A stretch of 26,529 bases of DNA from a virus, in UHGV virus genome UHGV-0097687; one strand, given 5' to 3'. A model generated the notes under the pieces. The model did not search any database, was not told the DNA's origin, and saw only the letters and a list, made by a program, of their open reading frames with translations. The position numbers and the translations under genes were made by a program. Shown one piece after another: positions 1-9,488 of this stretch; positions within the stretch are counted from its first letter, which is position 1, and each line of letters opens with the position of its first letter.

Positions 1-1808
1 ACAGCGGGGAATATCAGGTGCTGGCGCGCTGGGACACGCCGAAGGTGGTGAAGGGCGTGAGCTTCCTGCTCCGTCTGACCGTAACAGCGGATGACGGCAG
101 TGAGCGGCTGGTCAGCACGGCCCGGACGGCGGAAACCACTTACCGCTTCAGGCAGCTGGCGCTGGGGCGTTACACGCTGACGGTCCGGGCGGTAAATGCC
201 CGGGGACAGCAGGGCGATCCGGCGTCGGTATCGTTCCGGATTAACGCACCTGCAAAACCCGCCACCATTGAGCTGACGCCGGGGTATTTTCAGATAACGG
301 CGGTCCCGCGTCTTGCGGTGTATGACCCGACGGTACAGTTTGAATTCTGGTTCTCAGAAAAACGCATCACGAACACAGCACAGGTGGAAAAATCTGCCCG
401 TTATCTGGGGACCGGCAGTCAGTGGACTGTCCAGGGGAGCCGGATTAAGCCGGGAACGGATTTCTGGTTTTACGTGCGAAGCGTCAACCTGGTGGGAAAA
501 TCTGCTTTTGTGGAAGCCAGCGGGCAGCCCAGCAATGATGGTGAAGGGTATCTGGAAATTTTCCGGGGGCTGATAGATGAGACGCTTCTGGGTCAGGCAC
601 TGAAAGAGCGCATTGATGCTTCAGCGCTGCGTACGGAGGTCACGCAACTGGAAGAAGATATCCGTCAGCGGATGGACACGGATATCGCAGAAGTGACCCG
701 GAAAATCGGGAAGGCGGAAAACAGCCTCACGCAGCTGGTTGCGAAAAAGAATGAGGATCAGACACTGGCCATCGCGCAGGTGAGCCAGAAAGTGGACCGG
801 GTGAGCAGTGAAATCTCACAGACTGTCAGCCAGGGGCAGTCAGAAAACGCCCGACAGATAGCACAGGTCCGCCAGTACGTGGATAAAAAAGGGAGTGAAA
901 TTACCTCGACCACGGATAAAAAGCTGGGTGACCAGGCCGTGACCATACAGCAAATCCAGCGGGTTCAGTCAGACACGCGCAATGAGCTGAATGCCATGTA
1001 TATGCTGAAGGTGCAGAAAACAAAAAACGGTATTCCCTATGTGGCCGGGATTGGTGCGGGGATTGAGGATGTTGATGGTCAGACCCTGAGTAACATTCTG
1101 CTGCAGGCCGATCGCATTGCGATGATTACCCCGGAGAACGGCAACACCACGCCGCTGTTTGTGGCGCAGGGGAATCAGCTGTTCATGAACGACGTGTTCC
1201 TGAAGCGACTGTTTGCGGTGAGCATCACGTCATCCGGCAATCCTCCGACGTTTTCCCTGACGCCGGATGGCAGGCTGACAGCCCGCAATGCGGATATCAG
1301 TGGAGCCATCACGGCGAATACCGGCACGCTCAATAATGTCACCATTAACGAGAACTGTGTCATCAGAGGGAAACTGTCTGCAAACCAGATTGAAGGCGAT
1401 CTCGTTAAAACAGTGGGTAAGGCTTTCCCTCGTGACTCCCGTGCACCGAAGCGTTGGCCATCAGGAACCATTACCGTCAGGGTTTATGACGATCAGCCGT
1501 TTAACCGGCAGATTGTTATTCCGGCGGTGGCTTTCAGCGGTGCCAGACATGAGCGGGAGAACAGCGATACTTATTCGTCATGCCGCCTGATAGTGAAGAA
1601 AAACGGTGCTGAAATTTATAACCGTACCGCGATGGATAATACGCTGGTTTACAGTGGTGTTATTGATATGCCTGCTGGTCGCGGCGACATGACGCTGGAG
1701 TTTTCTGTATCAGCATGGTGGGTAAATGGCTGGTATCCCACAGCAAGTATCAGCGATTTGCTGGTTGTTGTGATGAAGAAAGCCACTGCAGGCATCACGA
1801 TTAGCTGA
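1..1808 (+). CDS. J: Tail tip host-specificity protein J, C-terminal part (5' end lies outside the window)
   Basis: Open frame runs from window edge; translation (..[39 protein letters not shown].. and ..[28 protein letters not shown]..) matches remembered lambda J C-terminus; central coiled-coil segment differs from lambda. Confidence 0.88.
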   Translation, partial: SGEYQVLARWDTPKVVKGVSFLLRLTVTADDGSERLVSTARTAETTYRFRQLALGRYTLTVRAVNARGQQGDPASVSFRINAPAKPATIELTPGYFQITAVPRLAVYDPTVQFEFWFSEKRITNTAQVEKSARYLGTGSQWTVQGSRIKPGTDFWFYVRSVNLVGKSAFVEASGQPSNDGEGYLEIFRGLIDETLLGQALKERIDASALRTEVTQLEEDIRQRMDTDIAEVTRKIGKAENSLTQLVAKKNEDQTLAIAQVSQKVDRVSSEISQTVSQGQSENARQIAQVRQYVDKKGSEITSTTDKKLGDQAVTIQQIQRVQSDTRNELNAMYMLKVQKTKNGIPYVAGIGAGIEDVDGQTLSNILLQADRIAMITPENGNTTPLFVAQGNQLFMNDVFLKRLFAVSITSSGNPPTFSLTPDGRLTARNADISGAITANTGTLNNVTINENCVIRGKLSANQIEGDLVKTVGKAFPRDSRAPKRWPSGTITVRVYDDQPFNRQIVIPAVAFSGARHERENSDTYSSCRLIVKKNGAEIYNRTAMDNTLVYSGVIDMPAGRGDMTLEFSVSAWWVNGWYPTASISDLLVVVMKKATAGITIS

Positions 1809-1827
1809 ATTTTATAACCCCAATACG

Positions 1828-1851
1828 GGCGCCAGAAATGGCGCCTTTTTT
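1828..1851 (+). terminator. Intrinsic terminator after J
   Basis: GGCGCCA-GAAA-TGGCGCC hairpin followed by TTTTTT. Confidence 0.7.
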
Positions 1852-1875
1852 ATTGCAGAAAAGCGAGAGGTAATT

Positions 1876-2475
1876 ATGCGTAAATTATGTGCAGCCATTT
1901 TGTCCGCAGCCATCTGTCTGTCCGTATCCGGTGCGCCTGCATGGGCGTCTGAACATCAGTCCACACTGAGCGCGGGGTATCTTCATGCCCGTACGAACGC
2001 TCCCGGCAGCGATAATCTGAACGGGATTAACGTGAAATACCGTTATGAGTTTACGGACGCGCTGGGGCTGATTACGTCCTTCAGTTATGCCAATGCTGAG
2101 GATGAGCAAAAAACGCACTACAGCGATACCCGCTGGCATGAAGATTCCGTGCGTAACCGCTGGTTCAGCATGATGGCGGGGCCGTCTGTACGCGTGAATG
2201 AATGGTTCAGCACGTATGCGATGGCGGGCGTGGCTTACAGCCGTGTGTCGACTTTCTCCGGGGATTATCTCCGCGTAACTGATAACAAGGGGAAAACGGA
2301 CGATGTGCTGACCGGAAGTGATGACGGTCGCTACAGCGACACGTCTCTGGCGTGGGGGGCTGGCGTGCAGTTTAACCCGACCGAATCCGTGGCCATTGAT
2401 ATTGCTTATGAAGGTTCCGGCAGTGGCGACTGGCGCACTGACGGTTTCATCGTTGGTGTCGGTTATAAATTCTGA
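1876..2475 (+). CDS. lom: Lom-like outer membrane beta-barrel protein (Ail/Lom/OmpX family), lysogenic-conversion moron
   Basis: 199 aa with signal peptide (MRKLCAAILSAAICLSVSGAPAWA), ends in aromatic residue (..GYKF); position after J as in lambda; GAGAGG RBS; flanked by terminators. Confidence 0.82.
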   Translation: MRKLCAAILSAAICLSVSGAPAWASEHQSTLSAGYLHARTNAPGSDNLNGINVKYRYEFTDALGLITSFSYANAEDEQKTHYSDTRWHEDSVRNRWFSMMAGPSVRVNEWFSTYAMAGVAYSRVSTFSGDYLRVTDNKGKTDDVLTGSDDGRYSDTSLAWGAGVQFNPTESVAIDIAYEGSGSGDWRTDGFIVGVGYKF

Positions 2476-2501
2476 TTAACCAGGCAACACAGTGTTATGA
2501 C

Positions 2502-2528
2502 AGCCCGCCGGTTCAGGCGGGCTTTTTT
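2502..2528 (+). terminator. Intrinsic terminator after lom
   Basis: AGCCCGCC / GGCGGGCT stem followed by TTTTTT. Confidence 0.7.
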
Positions 2529-2539
2529 GTGGAGTGGAT

Positions 2540-4603
2540 ATGGCAGCAGTAAAAATCTCAGGTGTGCTGAAAGATGGTGCGGGAAAACCAATACAGAACT
2601 GCACTATTCAACTGAAGGCAAAGCGTAACAGCACCACGGTACTGGTGAACACGGTGGCCTCTGAAAATCCTGATGAAGCCGGGCGTTACAGTATGGACGT
2701 TGAGTATGGTCAGTACAGCGTCATCCTGTGGATTGAGGGTTCTCAGCCATCACATGTTGGGACCATTACCGTCTATGAAGGTTCCAGTCCGGGGACGCTG
2801 AATGATTTTCTCGGTGCCATGACGGAAGATGATGTCATGCCGGAGGCATTGCGCCGTTTTCAGGAAATGGTGGAGGATGTGGCACGCAACGCTGAAGCCG
2901 CCTCTCAGAGCGCAGCGGCAGCAAAGAAATCAGAAACAGCAGCGGCATCGTCCAGGAACGCGGCGAAAACATCAGAGACGAATGCAGGTAACAGCGCGAA
3001 AGCGGCAGCTTCTTCAAAAACAGCCGCACAAAACGCAGCAACAGCGGCAGAACGTTCAGAGACAAATGCCCGTGCGTCAGAAGAAGCCTCCGCAGACAGT
3101 GAAGAGGCTTCCCGCCGTAATGCAGAGTCAGCCGCTGAAAATGCCGGAGTCGCCACCACAAAAGCGCGGGAGGCTGCAGCAGACGCAACAAAGGCCGGGC
3201 AGAAAAAGGATGAGGCTCTGTCGGCAGCGACACGAGCTGAAAAGGCGGCAGACCGCGCAGAAGCCGCAGCGGAAGTGACTGCAGAGCCCTATGCGAATAT
3301 AGTGCCGCCGCTGCCTGATGTGTGGATACCGTTTAACGATTCACTGGATATGATTGCGGGTTTTTCTCCGGGCTATAAAAAAATAGCTATTGGTGACGAT
3401 GTGGTTCAGGTCGCCAGTGATAAACAGGTTAATTTCAGTCGCGCATCAACGGCAACATATATCAACAAATCTGGCGAACTGAAAACGGCGGAAATTAATG
3501 AGCCGCGATTTGAGTGTGATGGCCTGCTTATTGAGGGACAAAGAACGAACTACATGCTCAATTCGGAAAGTCCAGCCAGCTGGGGGAAGTCATCAAACAT
3601 GGATGTGCCCGAAACCGGGAGGGATAGTTTTGGTTTTACTTATGGAAAGTTTGTCTGCAACGATTCTCTGGTTGGGCAAACTTCGGCTATTAATATGGCA
3701 TCAATTGCTGCAACAAAGTCAGTTGATGTCTCAGGCGATAATAAATACGTGACAACCTCATGTCGCTTTAAAACAGAACTGCAGGTAAGGTTGCGAATCC
3801 GGTTTGATAAATATGACGGAAGTGCAACAACTTTTCTTGGCGATGCGTACATTGATACGCAAACGCTTGAAATTAATATGACAGGTGGTGCTGCCGGCAG
3901 AATTACGGCACGAGTCAGGAAGGATAAGACCACGGGCTGGATTTTTGCAGAGGCAACGATTCAGGCAATTGATGGTGAGTTAAAAATAGGCTCTCAGATA
4001 CAGTATTCTCCTGAGAAGGGTGGGGCAACAGTATCTGGTGACTATATTTATCTTGCCACCCCACAAGTAGAGAATGGGCCGTGTGTATCATCATTTATTA
4101 TTTCAGGAGGCAGCGCAACGACAAGAGCCAGTGATTTGGTTAGTATCCCCACCAGAAATAATCTTTATAAGTTACCATTTACTTTTTTACTTGAGATTCA
4201 TAAAAACTGGGATATTGCACCAAACGCCGCACCCCGCGTGTGGGATATAGCAGCAGCCAATACCGGGCAATCAGCAATTGCAGCAGTCAACAGAGGTAGT
4301 GGTAAGTTATATATGAGTCTGTCAAACCCTTCAGGCTCGTATGTTAATAGCGCAGCGACAGATGTATTTGCAGAGAAAACCACATTTGGATGTATTGCAA
4401 AAGCTGATGGTCACTTTCATGTGGTGACAAATGGTAAAGCGGTTAATGAAGTTTATTGTGAATATAATGGCGTGACCGCTGATAAAAATATCCGATTTGG
4501 AGGGCAGACGAATACTGGAGAACGACATCTGTTTGGCCATATTCGCAATTTCCGCATATGGCATAAAGAATTAAATGACAGGCAATTAAAAGAGGTCGTA
4601 TGA
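2540..4603 (+). CDS. stf: Side tail fiber protein (Stf-like) with conserved N-terminus, Ala/Ser-rich repeat stalk and divergent C-terminal lectin-like (LamG-type) domain
   Basis: ATG at 2540 with GGAG RBS; N-terminus MAAVKISGVLKDGAGKPIQNCTIQLKA..GRYSMDVEYGQYSV matches remembered lambda Stf; low-complexity SETNA/AAAS repeats 2880-3280; C-terminal ..NIRFGGQTNTGERHLFGHIRNFRIWHKELNDRQLKEV resembles LamG_3 terminal motif. Confidence 0.82.
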   Translation: MAAVKISGVLKDGAGKPIQNCTIQLKAKRNSTTVLVNTVASENPDEAGRYSMDVEYGQYSVILWIEGSQPSHVGTITVYEGSSPGTLNDFLGAMTEDDVMPEALRRFQEMVEDVARNAEAASQSAAAAKKSETAAASSRNAAKTSETNAGNSAKAAASSKTAAQNAATAAERSETNARASEEASADSEEASRRNAESAAENAGVATTKAREAAADATKAGQKKDEALSAATRAEKAADRAEAAAEVTAEPYANIVPPLPDVWIPFNDSLDMIAGFSPGYKKIAIGDDVVQVASDKQVNFSRASTATYINKSGELKTAEINEPRFECDGLLIEGQRTNYMLNSESPASWGKSSNMDVPETGRDSFGFTYGKFVCNDSLVGQTSAINMASIAATKSVDVSGDNKYVTTSCRFKTELQVRLRIRFDKYDGSATTFLGDAYIDTQTLEINMTGGAAGRITARVRKDKTTGWIFAEATIQAIDGELKIGSQIQYSPEKGGATVSGDYIYLATPQVENGPCVSSFIISGGSATTRASDLVSIPTRNNLYKLPFTFLLEIHKNWDIAPNAAPRVWDIAAANTGQSAIAAVNRGSGKLYMSLSNPSGSYVNSAATDVFAEKTTFGCIAKADGHFHVVTNGKAVNEVYCEYNGVTADKNIRFGGQTNTGERHLFGHIRNFRIWHKELNDRQLKEVV

Positions 4604-4878
4604 AAGATTTAACTTTGAAGTTTCATGACAAACTGCAGTTTAAGGCCTTCCTGTCATCTCTTGGCTGGGCGGAAGATGAAGACCTCCAGAATAAACTGTT
4701 AGTTGATGAAATTGGTTTCACCTACACAGAAACAGGGGTAACAGAAGAGGGAGAACCTGTCTGTATCCGGAATGATGGTTATTTTGTCAACATTCGCATT
4801 CTTGATGACTTGTTTGATGTTTCTGTATTCTCTGATTATGTCGTGGAGCTGGAAACACCGCTTCGGGAATGGAGCTGA
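4600..4878 (+). CDS. Hypothetical protein, translationally coupled to stf (possible fiber chaperone/assembly factor)
   Basis: ATGA overlap with stf stop; 92 aa acidic protein; no recognised motif. Confidence 0.5.
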   Translation: MKDLTLKFHDKLQFKAFLSSLGWAEDEDLQNKLLVDEIGFTYTETGVTEEGEPVCIRNDGYFVNIRILDDLFDVSVFSDYVVELETPLREWS

Positions 4879-4890
4879 AAGGAGGAAATA

Positions 4891-5178
4891 ATGGATATAA
4901 GCCCCTTACTTCATGCACTTTGTGCTGTGGCTGCGCAGATACTGGTTGGTCTTTTTACCGGAAACTGGGCTTACGGAGCGATAGCCGGTTGTACGTTCTT
5001 CATTGCGCGTGAACATACCCAGGCAGAATATCGCTGGATTGAAATGTTCGGGCATGGCAAGCGAATGAATATGCCGTGGTGGGGCGGTTTTGATCCGCGA
5101 GCTTGGGATGTGGCAAGCCTGATGGATTTTGCTGTGCCGGTGGTGGCGTGTCTGCTGGTCTGGCTGTTTATCCGTTAA
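4891..5178 (+). CDS. Small hydrophobic (membrane) protein of unknown function
   Basis: Strong RBS GGAGGAAATAATG; 95 aa with two hydrophobic segments (LLHALCAVAAQILVGLF.., ..FAVPVVACLLVWLF). Confidence 0.5.
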   Translation: MDISPLLHALCAVAAQILVGLFTGNWAYGAIAGCTFFIAREHTQAEYRWIEMFGHGKRMNMPWWGGFDPRAWDVASLMDFAVPVVACLLVWLFIR

Positions 5179-5849
5179 ACATAAAAAGCCGCAGCAACTT
5201 GTCATGGCAGAATACTGCGGCTGGCTGGTGAACTTCCGATAGTGCGAGTATTGAATGATTTCCAGCCGTTATCGATTTTACGTATTTTTTGTATGAGAGA
5301 ATTTGCACCACCTCCTTCCGACCATCTATAACTGCACGCCACTATTTCTAGGGCTGCTATGTGCCAGAAACGGTAGTTTTTTATTTCTATCATTGATGTC
5401 GAGTTACTTGGACTATTTGATATGAATTAATAGGGTACAAAGCGATGCATAATGTGCAAATTGATTGTTTAGTTTACTGAAAGGGAGCCCCTCTCCCTTA
5501 GCATAAAATCATAAATCCAATAATTTAATGCATAGTGAGAAGAAGATTATCAACAGAATGAACTTCATTTCTTTTTTTGATTTTTCTTTTGAACCCCGTT
5601 ATAACAATCCGAGAAGTTAATTTTTCTATCGGTTTAAACATGGCAGCAACGAAGAACAAAGGAATAACGCCTGATATTAATGAAGCGACGCTAACCACCG
5701 TGTCCGACGGGACATTAAAATACGCAATAAATGAAACAGGTATGGTTACTAATAACATAAAATAAACAGAACGAATGAGTTTATATTTTAATTTGGCATT
5801 TCTTTTTAATTTTGCACCCTCACGGATTCGTGTCTGAATTATTACATTT

Positions 5850-7562
5850 CTAGGCCTGGGCTTCAGTTATAGTGGCAGCTTTTTCTAGATTCGATTTGAT
5901 GACAAGTTCATTTTTGTCTGCACTTATTTCTTCAAGTTTTTTCTGAAGAACCTCAACTTGTTTTTCACTTTCGATACCTTGCTTAGCCCGAATTTCGAGT
6001 AAAGATTTTGTCCTAAGTGCATTTTCTATTACATCTTCATCCATAAAACTCATGATATCCTCAACCAGATCCGGTACAAATCCCTCCGGCTGTAAATTTT
6101 TGCTTCTCAACTCTATAACCAAGTTGGCTGCAGTCTCTTTTGACATGGCTCCACTCGCGACAGAACCTTTCATATCTTTGTATACATTAGCGACTTTTGC
6201 TGCCACCTGTGTAGAAAGAATAACTTGTGCTCTAGCAACTACATCAAAAGTCGTAGGTAATTTCACTCCATTAGCAAACCCCTTATGAGACTTAAACCAT
6301 AATCTCTCAGTTATATAGTCTAAAGTGGCTGCGAATGGTATTGTTCTTTCTCCTTGAGTAGAAAAGTAATGTGATAGGGATTTGGTTATATTTTTACCCG
6401 TGATGAGTAGGGCTCCAGTTTGCTCTAACTTTATATTGCTTCTTCCTTTTCTTTTGTAATTTATCTTTGTGAAAATTTTTAAAGTATCAGCAATTTTATC
6501 CAATTCATAATCTGGGAATTCTCTTTTTAGTTTATCAAGTGTAGAGGTGCTTTCAATATTATACTCCGGCTTATCGTAATAATCAGTGTTAGCATCAAGA
6601 GAAATTTTCATTTTTCCTAGTTTTTCAAAAAACTCTATTTTTTTTATTGTGATGTCTGATTTTGTAGAACAGCTTTGTAGTAGATTGATCATTCCAGTCT
6701 TAGATGGGTCTGGATGTTGATTACGCTCGAAAATCTTTTCTGCTGCATAAAAGTAACTTTCAACTTCGCTTTGTGTTTCTTCAAAGTACTTTAATTCTAT
6801 TTTTGATTTATTTCCTGAGCGGTCTCGTAACCCCTTGACTAATAATAGAAATTCTTCAAACATACGATAATGAATATCGCCATTTAATCCTACAGCATCA
6901 AATAATAATTCCGTATCAAGAACTATTTGAAAATCATTCCTCCATGGCTCAGCATTCACTAAGTCTGAGTTATAACAGATCCCACCGTAAAGAATTAGTC
7001 CTTCTTCAACCTTGTTTAACTTATCGGTGAACAGAGGGTCTTTTGAATTCTGAATGATGAACTGACTGATAACTACGGAGTTCTCACTCTGCTTTCTGTC
7101 ATGAATAAAATATGAATAAAAATCTGATAATAGCTCTTCAATCTGCTCTAGATTAAGTTCTTCTTTACTAAAGGACTTAACGAATTGAATGAGCAAGTTT
7201 TTTATATAGTCTTGTTCTTCCTTTACTTGCTCGTAACTTGCTTTTAGATTATTGTTTCTATCAAATTTTTCAGTAACATAATATTTGCCATTTTTAAATT
7301 CCAACAAACCTATTTTCTTGAGTCTGTTTTTTAGACATGATTTCACTACAGCTTCAGGTATATCAAATCCATAGTCAGAATTTAGTTCCTGAGAGCACTT
7401 AGTTACGTCGAACTCCCATAACTGATGTATGACTATAGTTGAACATAGGAACTGAGCTAAAACATCGTATATATCTTTCTTATTTTCATGTAATTGACGA
7501 AAAAGAGCTGCAGATGCCAATAAACGTTGATCTTCCATAATTCCTTTCTTGAGAATACTCAT
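5850..7562 (-). CDS. Hypothetical 570-aa protein, AT-rich cargo gene (candidate defence or exclusion protein, function unknown)
   Basis: Long uninterrupted ORF in roughly 33% GC DNA; GGAGGGG RBS 4 nt before ATG; C-terminal coiled-coil-like region; no Walker, nuclease or RT motif recognised by eye. Confidence 0.7.
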   Translation of the reverse strand: MSILKKGIMEDQRLLASAALFRQLHENKKDIYDVLAQFLCSTIVIHQLWEFDVTKCSQELNSDYGFDIPEAVVKSCLKNRLKKIGLLEFKNGKYYVTEKFDRNNNLKASYEQVKEEQDYIKNLLIQFVKSFSKEELNLEQIEELLSDFYSYFIHDRKQSENSVVISQFIIQNSKDPLFTDKLNKVEEGLILYGGICYNSDLVNAEPWRNDFQIVLDTELLFDAVGLNGDIHYRMFEEFLLLVKGLRDRSGNKSKIELKYFEETQSEVESYFYAAEKIFERNQHPDPSKTGMINLLQSCSTKSDITIKKIEFFEKLGKMKISLDANTDYYDKPEYNIESTSTLDKLKREFPDYELDKIADTLKIFTKINYKRKGRSNIKLEQTGALLITGKNITKSLSHYFSTQGERTIPFAATLDYITERLWFKSHKGFANGVKLPTTFDVVARAQVILSTQVAAKVANVYKDMKGSVASGAMSKETAANLVIELRSKNLQPEGFVPDLVEDIMSFMDEDVIENALRTKSLLEIRAKQGIESEKQVEVLQKKLEEISADKNELVIKSNLEKAATITEAQA

Positions 7563-7634
7563 ACAGCCCCTCCGATCACATTTTTGATGGTTTGATACAG
7601 AAGCAACGTGTACTTATTTAATATTTAACAATAA

Positions 7635-7663
7635 ATCTACAATATTATTTCAAAGTGTGTCAA
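7635..7663 (-). promoter_or_regulatory. Candidate sigma70 promoter for the 570-aa gene
   Basis: Minus strand TTGACA (7663-7658), 18-nt spacer, TAGATT; about 70 nt upstream of the start codon. Confidence 0.3.
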
Positions 7664-8300
7664 TTTTTTTTAACTATCTAAAGCTAGATTCCCTTGGTAT
7701 ACAAATATTGTACAACAAAACAAAAATTTTCAGAGTTTTATTCTTTTATTTGCCGTAGGGGCTCGGGTTTGTTCGAGGTTTCCATCTGAAGCCCTCAAAC
7801 TGATGACCGACTTCCCTTGATTAAGGATAGCGTTGCATTGACCCGTTGAACTCACAGCTCATAACAGACATTCACTACGGTTATGGCAGAAAGGTATGCA
7901 TGCTGGGGATGGGGAAGTTGTGAAAGAAAAGAAGGCTGCTGCGTCGTTTGACATCACGTCTATCTTTTTATTGGTTATGCAGGTCGTAGTGGGACAAAAC
8001 TGAGACACATAAGGCCTCACAATGGCTTGCAAGGCTTTACATGTTTTGATGTAGTGGGACGTGTGAGCGCAGTGTTGATGGGGTAATGCATTGAATTAGA
8101 AGCGAATTCTTATAATTCGTAATGCTAAGATCGTAGGGGCGTCCCCATTTTCGGTACTACCTAAATCAATGAGTTACCTAACTTTTAGTTATGACATAAA
8201 GATATATATGCTAAGTAAGATATAGAGAAGCTGGTAAAGCAATTAAAGCTGTTGCTACGTGTGTGGCGGCTGATGTATAGCCATTTATGCAGATGAAACG

Positions 8301-8326
8301 AAAAAAAGCCCACATCTGTGGGCTTT
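8301..8326 (-). terminator. Intrinsic terminator (strong on minus strand, weak on plus)
   Basis: Minus strand GCCCACA-GA-TGTGGGC followed by TTTTTTT; lies about 230 nt downstream of the methyltransferase stop. Confidence 0.65.
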
Positions 8327-8443
8327 CAAGTCACTCGGGAGCCGCGGCTCCTTTGCGTATCCTTTTTTGTCTCCTCACCGTCTGGTCGGTGTCCTGCTGA
8401 GACTGCTAACTTCCTGTTTTTCTTGGTGTTGTCCTTACACCGT

Positions 8444-8457
8444 CCAATCATGATTGG
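8444..8457. repeat. Perfect 14-bp palindrome CCAATCATGATTGG abutting the att-like core
   Basis: Read directly from sequence. Confidence 0.6.
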
Positions 8458-8482
8458 CTGGCGGGAGTTGAACCCGAGTCCG
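8457..8482 (-). other. tmRNA (ssrA) 3'-end-like segment, candidate phage attachment-site core or remnant
   Basis: Minus strand CGGACTCGGGTTCAACTCCCGCCAGC matches the T-arm/acceptor region of E. coli ssrA as remembered (..CGGACGCGGGTTCAACTCCCGCCAGCTCCACCA), 25 of 26; similarity ends before the CCA end. Confidence 0.5.
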
Positions 8483-8554
8483 TATTTTTATAATTAGCTG
8501 AAATAAAACGATTAATACTAACCATTTTATTCTGCGGATCTTTTGCGGCTCCTT

Positions 8555-9454
8555 TTATGTCTGGATGTGGTCGTCAACACATCCTCTTTTAAATACAGGC
8601 GCTTTTACCTTAGTTGGATCATCTGTTTTAAAGATTTTCAATCGTTCACTGAAGAACATTACCTCAGATCCTTTGTACCGATCTTGAGCACTGTAGTTTA
8701 TTCCATATACTAATGATGATGTCTTATACATAGCTTGGATCTCAGGAGTGTTATCGTAAGAAACAATCCAAGGTGTTTTAATATTATTCTGTACGACTTT
8801 TGCAACCCTAACATGATCATCATGATCATAATGGTTGATATATAAACCTTTACCTTTTATGTAATAAGGTGGATCCAAATATGTTAATGAGTTTTGTGGC
8901 AATTGAGTAACTATTTTTTTAATGAAATCAATTGCATCCATGTTATATAAATCTATTCTGTGACGATTTTCTGATATTTTATGGATTCGAGAAATCAAAT
9001 CACTCTTATTATAGCGAGCGTCAAGCTTCCATTTCCCTTCTTGATTTTTACCGCCAATTACTCCACCTTTTAATATTCCAGAACGATTTGTTCTATTGAG
9101 AAAAAAGGTTGAGAAACCAATTGTTAAAAGATCATGGTCTTTAGGATTATTAATTATATCTTTCTGCCTAAACCATTCATCCATTGTAACTTCTGTTCTT
9201 TCAATTAAAGAACATAATTGATCTGCATGATTTAATACACTGTGCCAAAAAGCATAAACAGAAATATTAATATCATTAAGGATGATTTTTTCAGCTGCAT
9301 TTAGATGTAACAGTTTCAATGCTAAACCAGCACCCCCAGCATATGGTTCGGCATAATGTATAGGCGAAAGATTATTTTCTTCAATAATCCGAAGCATGAA
9401 ATTTGCAAGCTTGCCTTTACCGCCAGGATAGCGAAGTGGGGTGTTAAAACGCAT
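8555..9454 (-). CDS. Dam-family (alpha-class) N6-adenine DNA methyltransferase
   Basis: N-terminal PLRYPGGKGKL and EPYAGGAG (SAM-binding motifs comparable to E. coli Dam) and catalytic YLDPPYY; AGAGG RBS; AT-rich. Confidence 0.85.
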   Translation of the reverse strand: MRFNTPLRYPGGKGKLANFMLRIIEENNLSPIHYAEPYAGGAGLALKLLHLNAAEKIILNDINISVYAFWHSVLNHADQLCSLIERTEVTMDEWFRQKDIINNPKDHDLLTIGFSTFFLNRTNRSGILKGGVIGGKNQEGKWKLDARYNKSDLISRIHKISENRHRIDLYNMDAIDFIKKIVTQLPQNSLTYLDPPYYIKGKGLYINHYDHDDHVRVAKVVQNNIKTPWIVSYDNTPEIQAMYKTSSLVYGINYSAQDRYKGSEVMFFSERLKIFKTDDPTKVKAPVFKRGCVDDHIQT

Positions 9455-9488
9455 ATGATACCTCTAAATGTCAGATCTAAAGTATATC

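Noticed and set aside
2829-3278. ORFs in alternative frames and on the antisense strand within the stf Ala/Ser-rich repeat region (2829-3278 +, 2835-3233 -, 2905-3159 -)
   Set aside because: They sit inside low-complexity GC-rich repeats of a well-supported gene; their Arg/Gln/Pro- or Ala-rich translations are typical frame artifacts.
5202-5765. Small ORFs in the AT-rich spacer (5202-5393 -, 5525-5758 -, 5577-5765 +)
   Set aside because: No convincing RBS, mutually overlapping, and in very AT-rich DNA where stop-free stretches arise by chance; a small membrane peptide at 5525-5758 cannot be fully excluded.
8457-8482. A complete tRNA or tmRNA gene at the ssrA-like site
   Set aside because: Only the T-arm and part of the acceptor 3' strand are present; no matching 5' acceptor strand, D-arm or CCA end, so it is a fragment, not a gene.
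7563-8554. Retron (msr-msd) or CRISPR array as the explanation for the ORF-free segment
   Set aside because: No reverse transcriptase ORF (no YxDD-type motif) anywhere in the island, and no regularly spaced direct repeats with uniform spacers; the repeats present are short and irregular.
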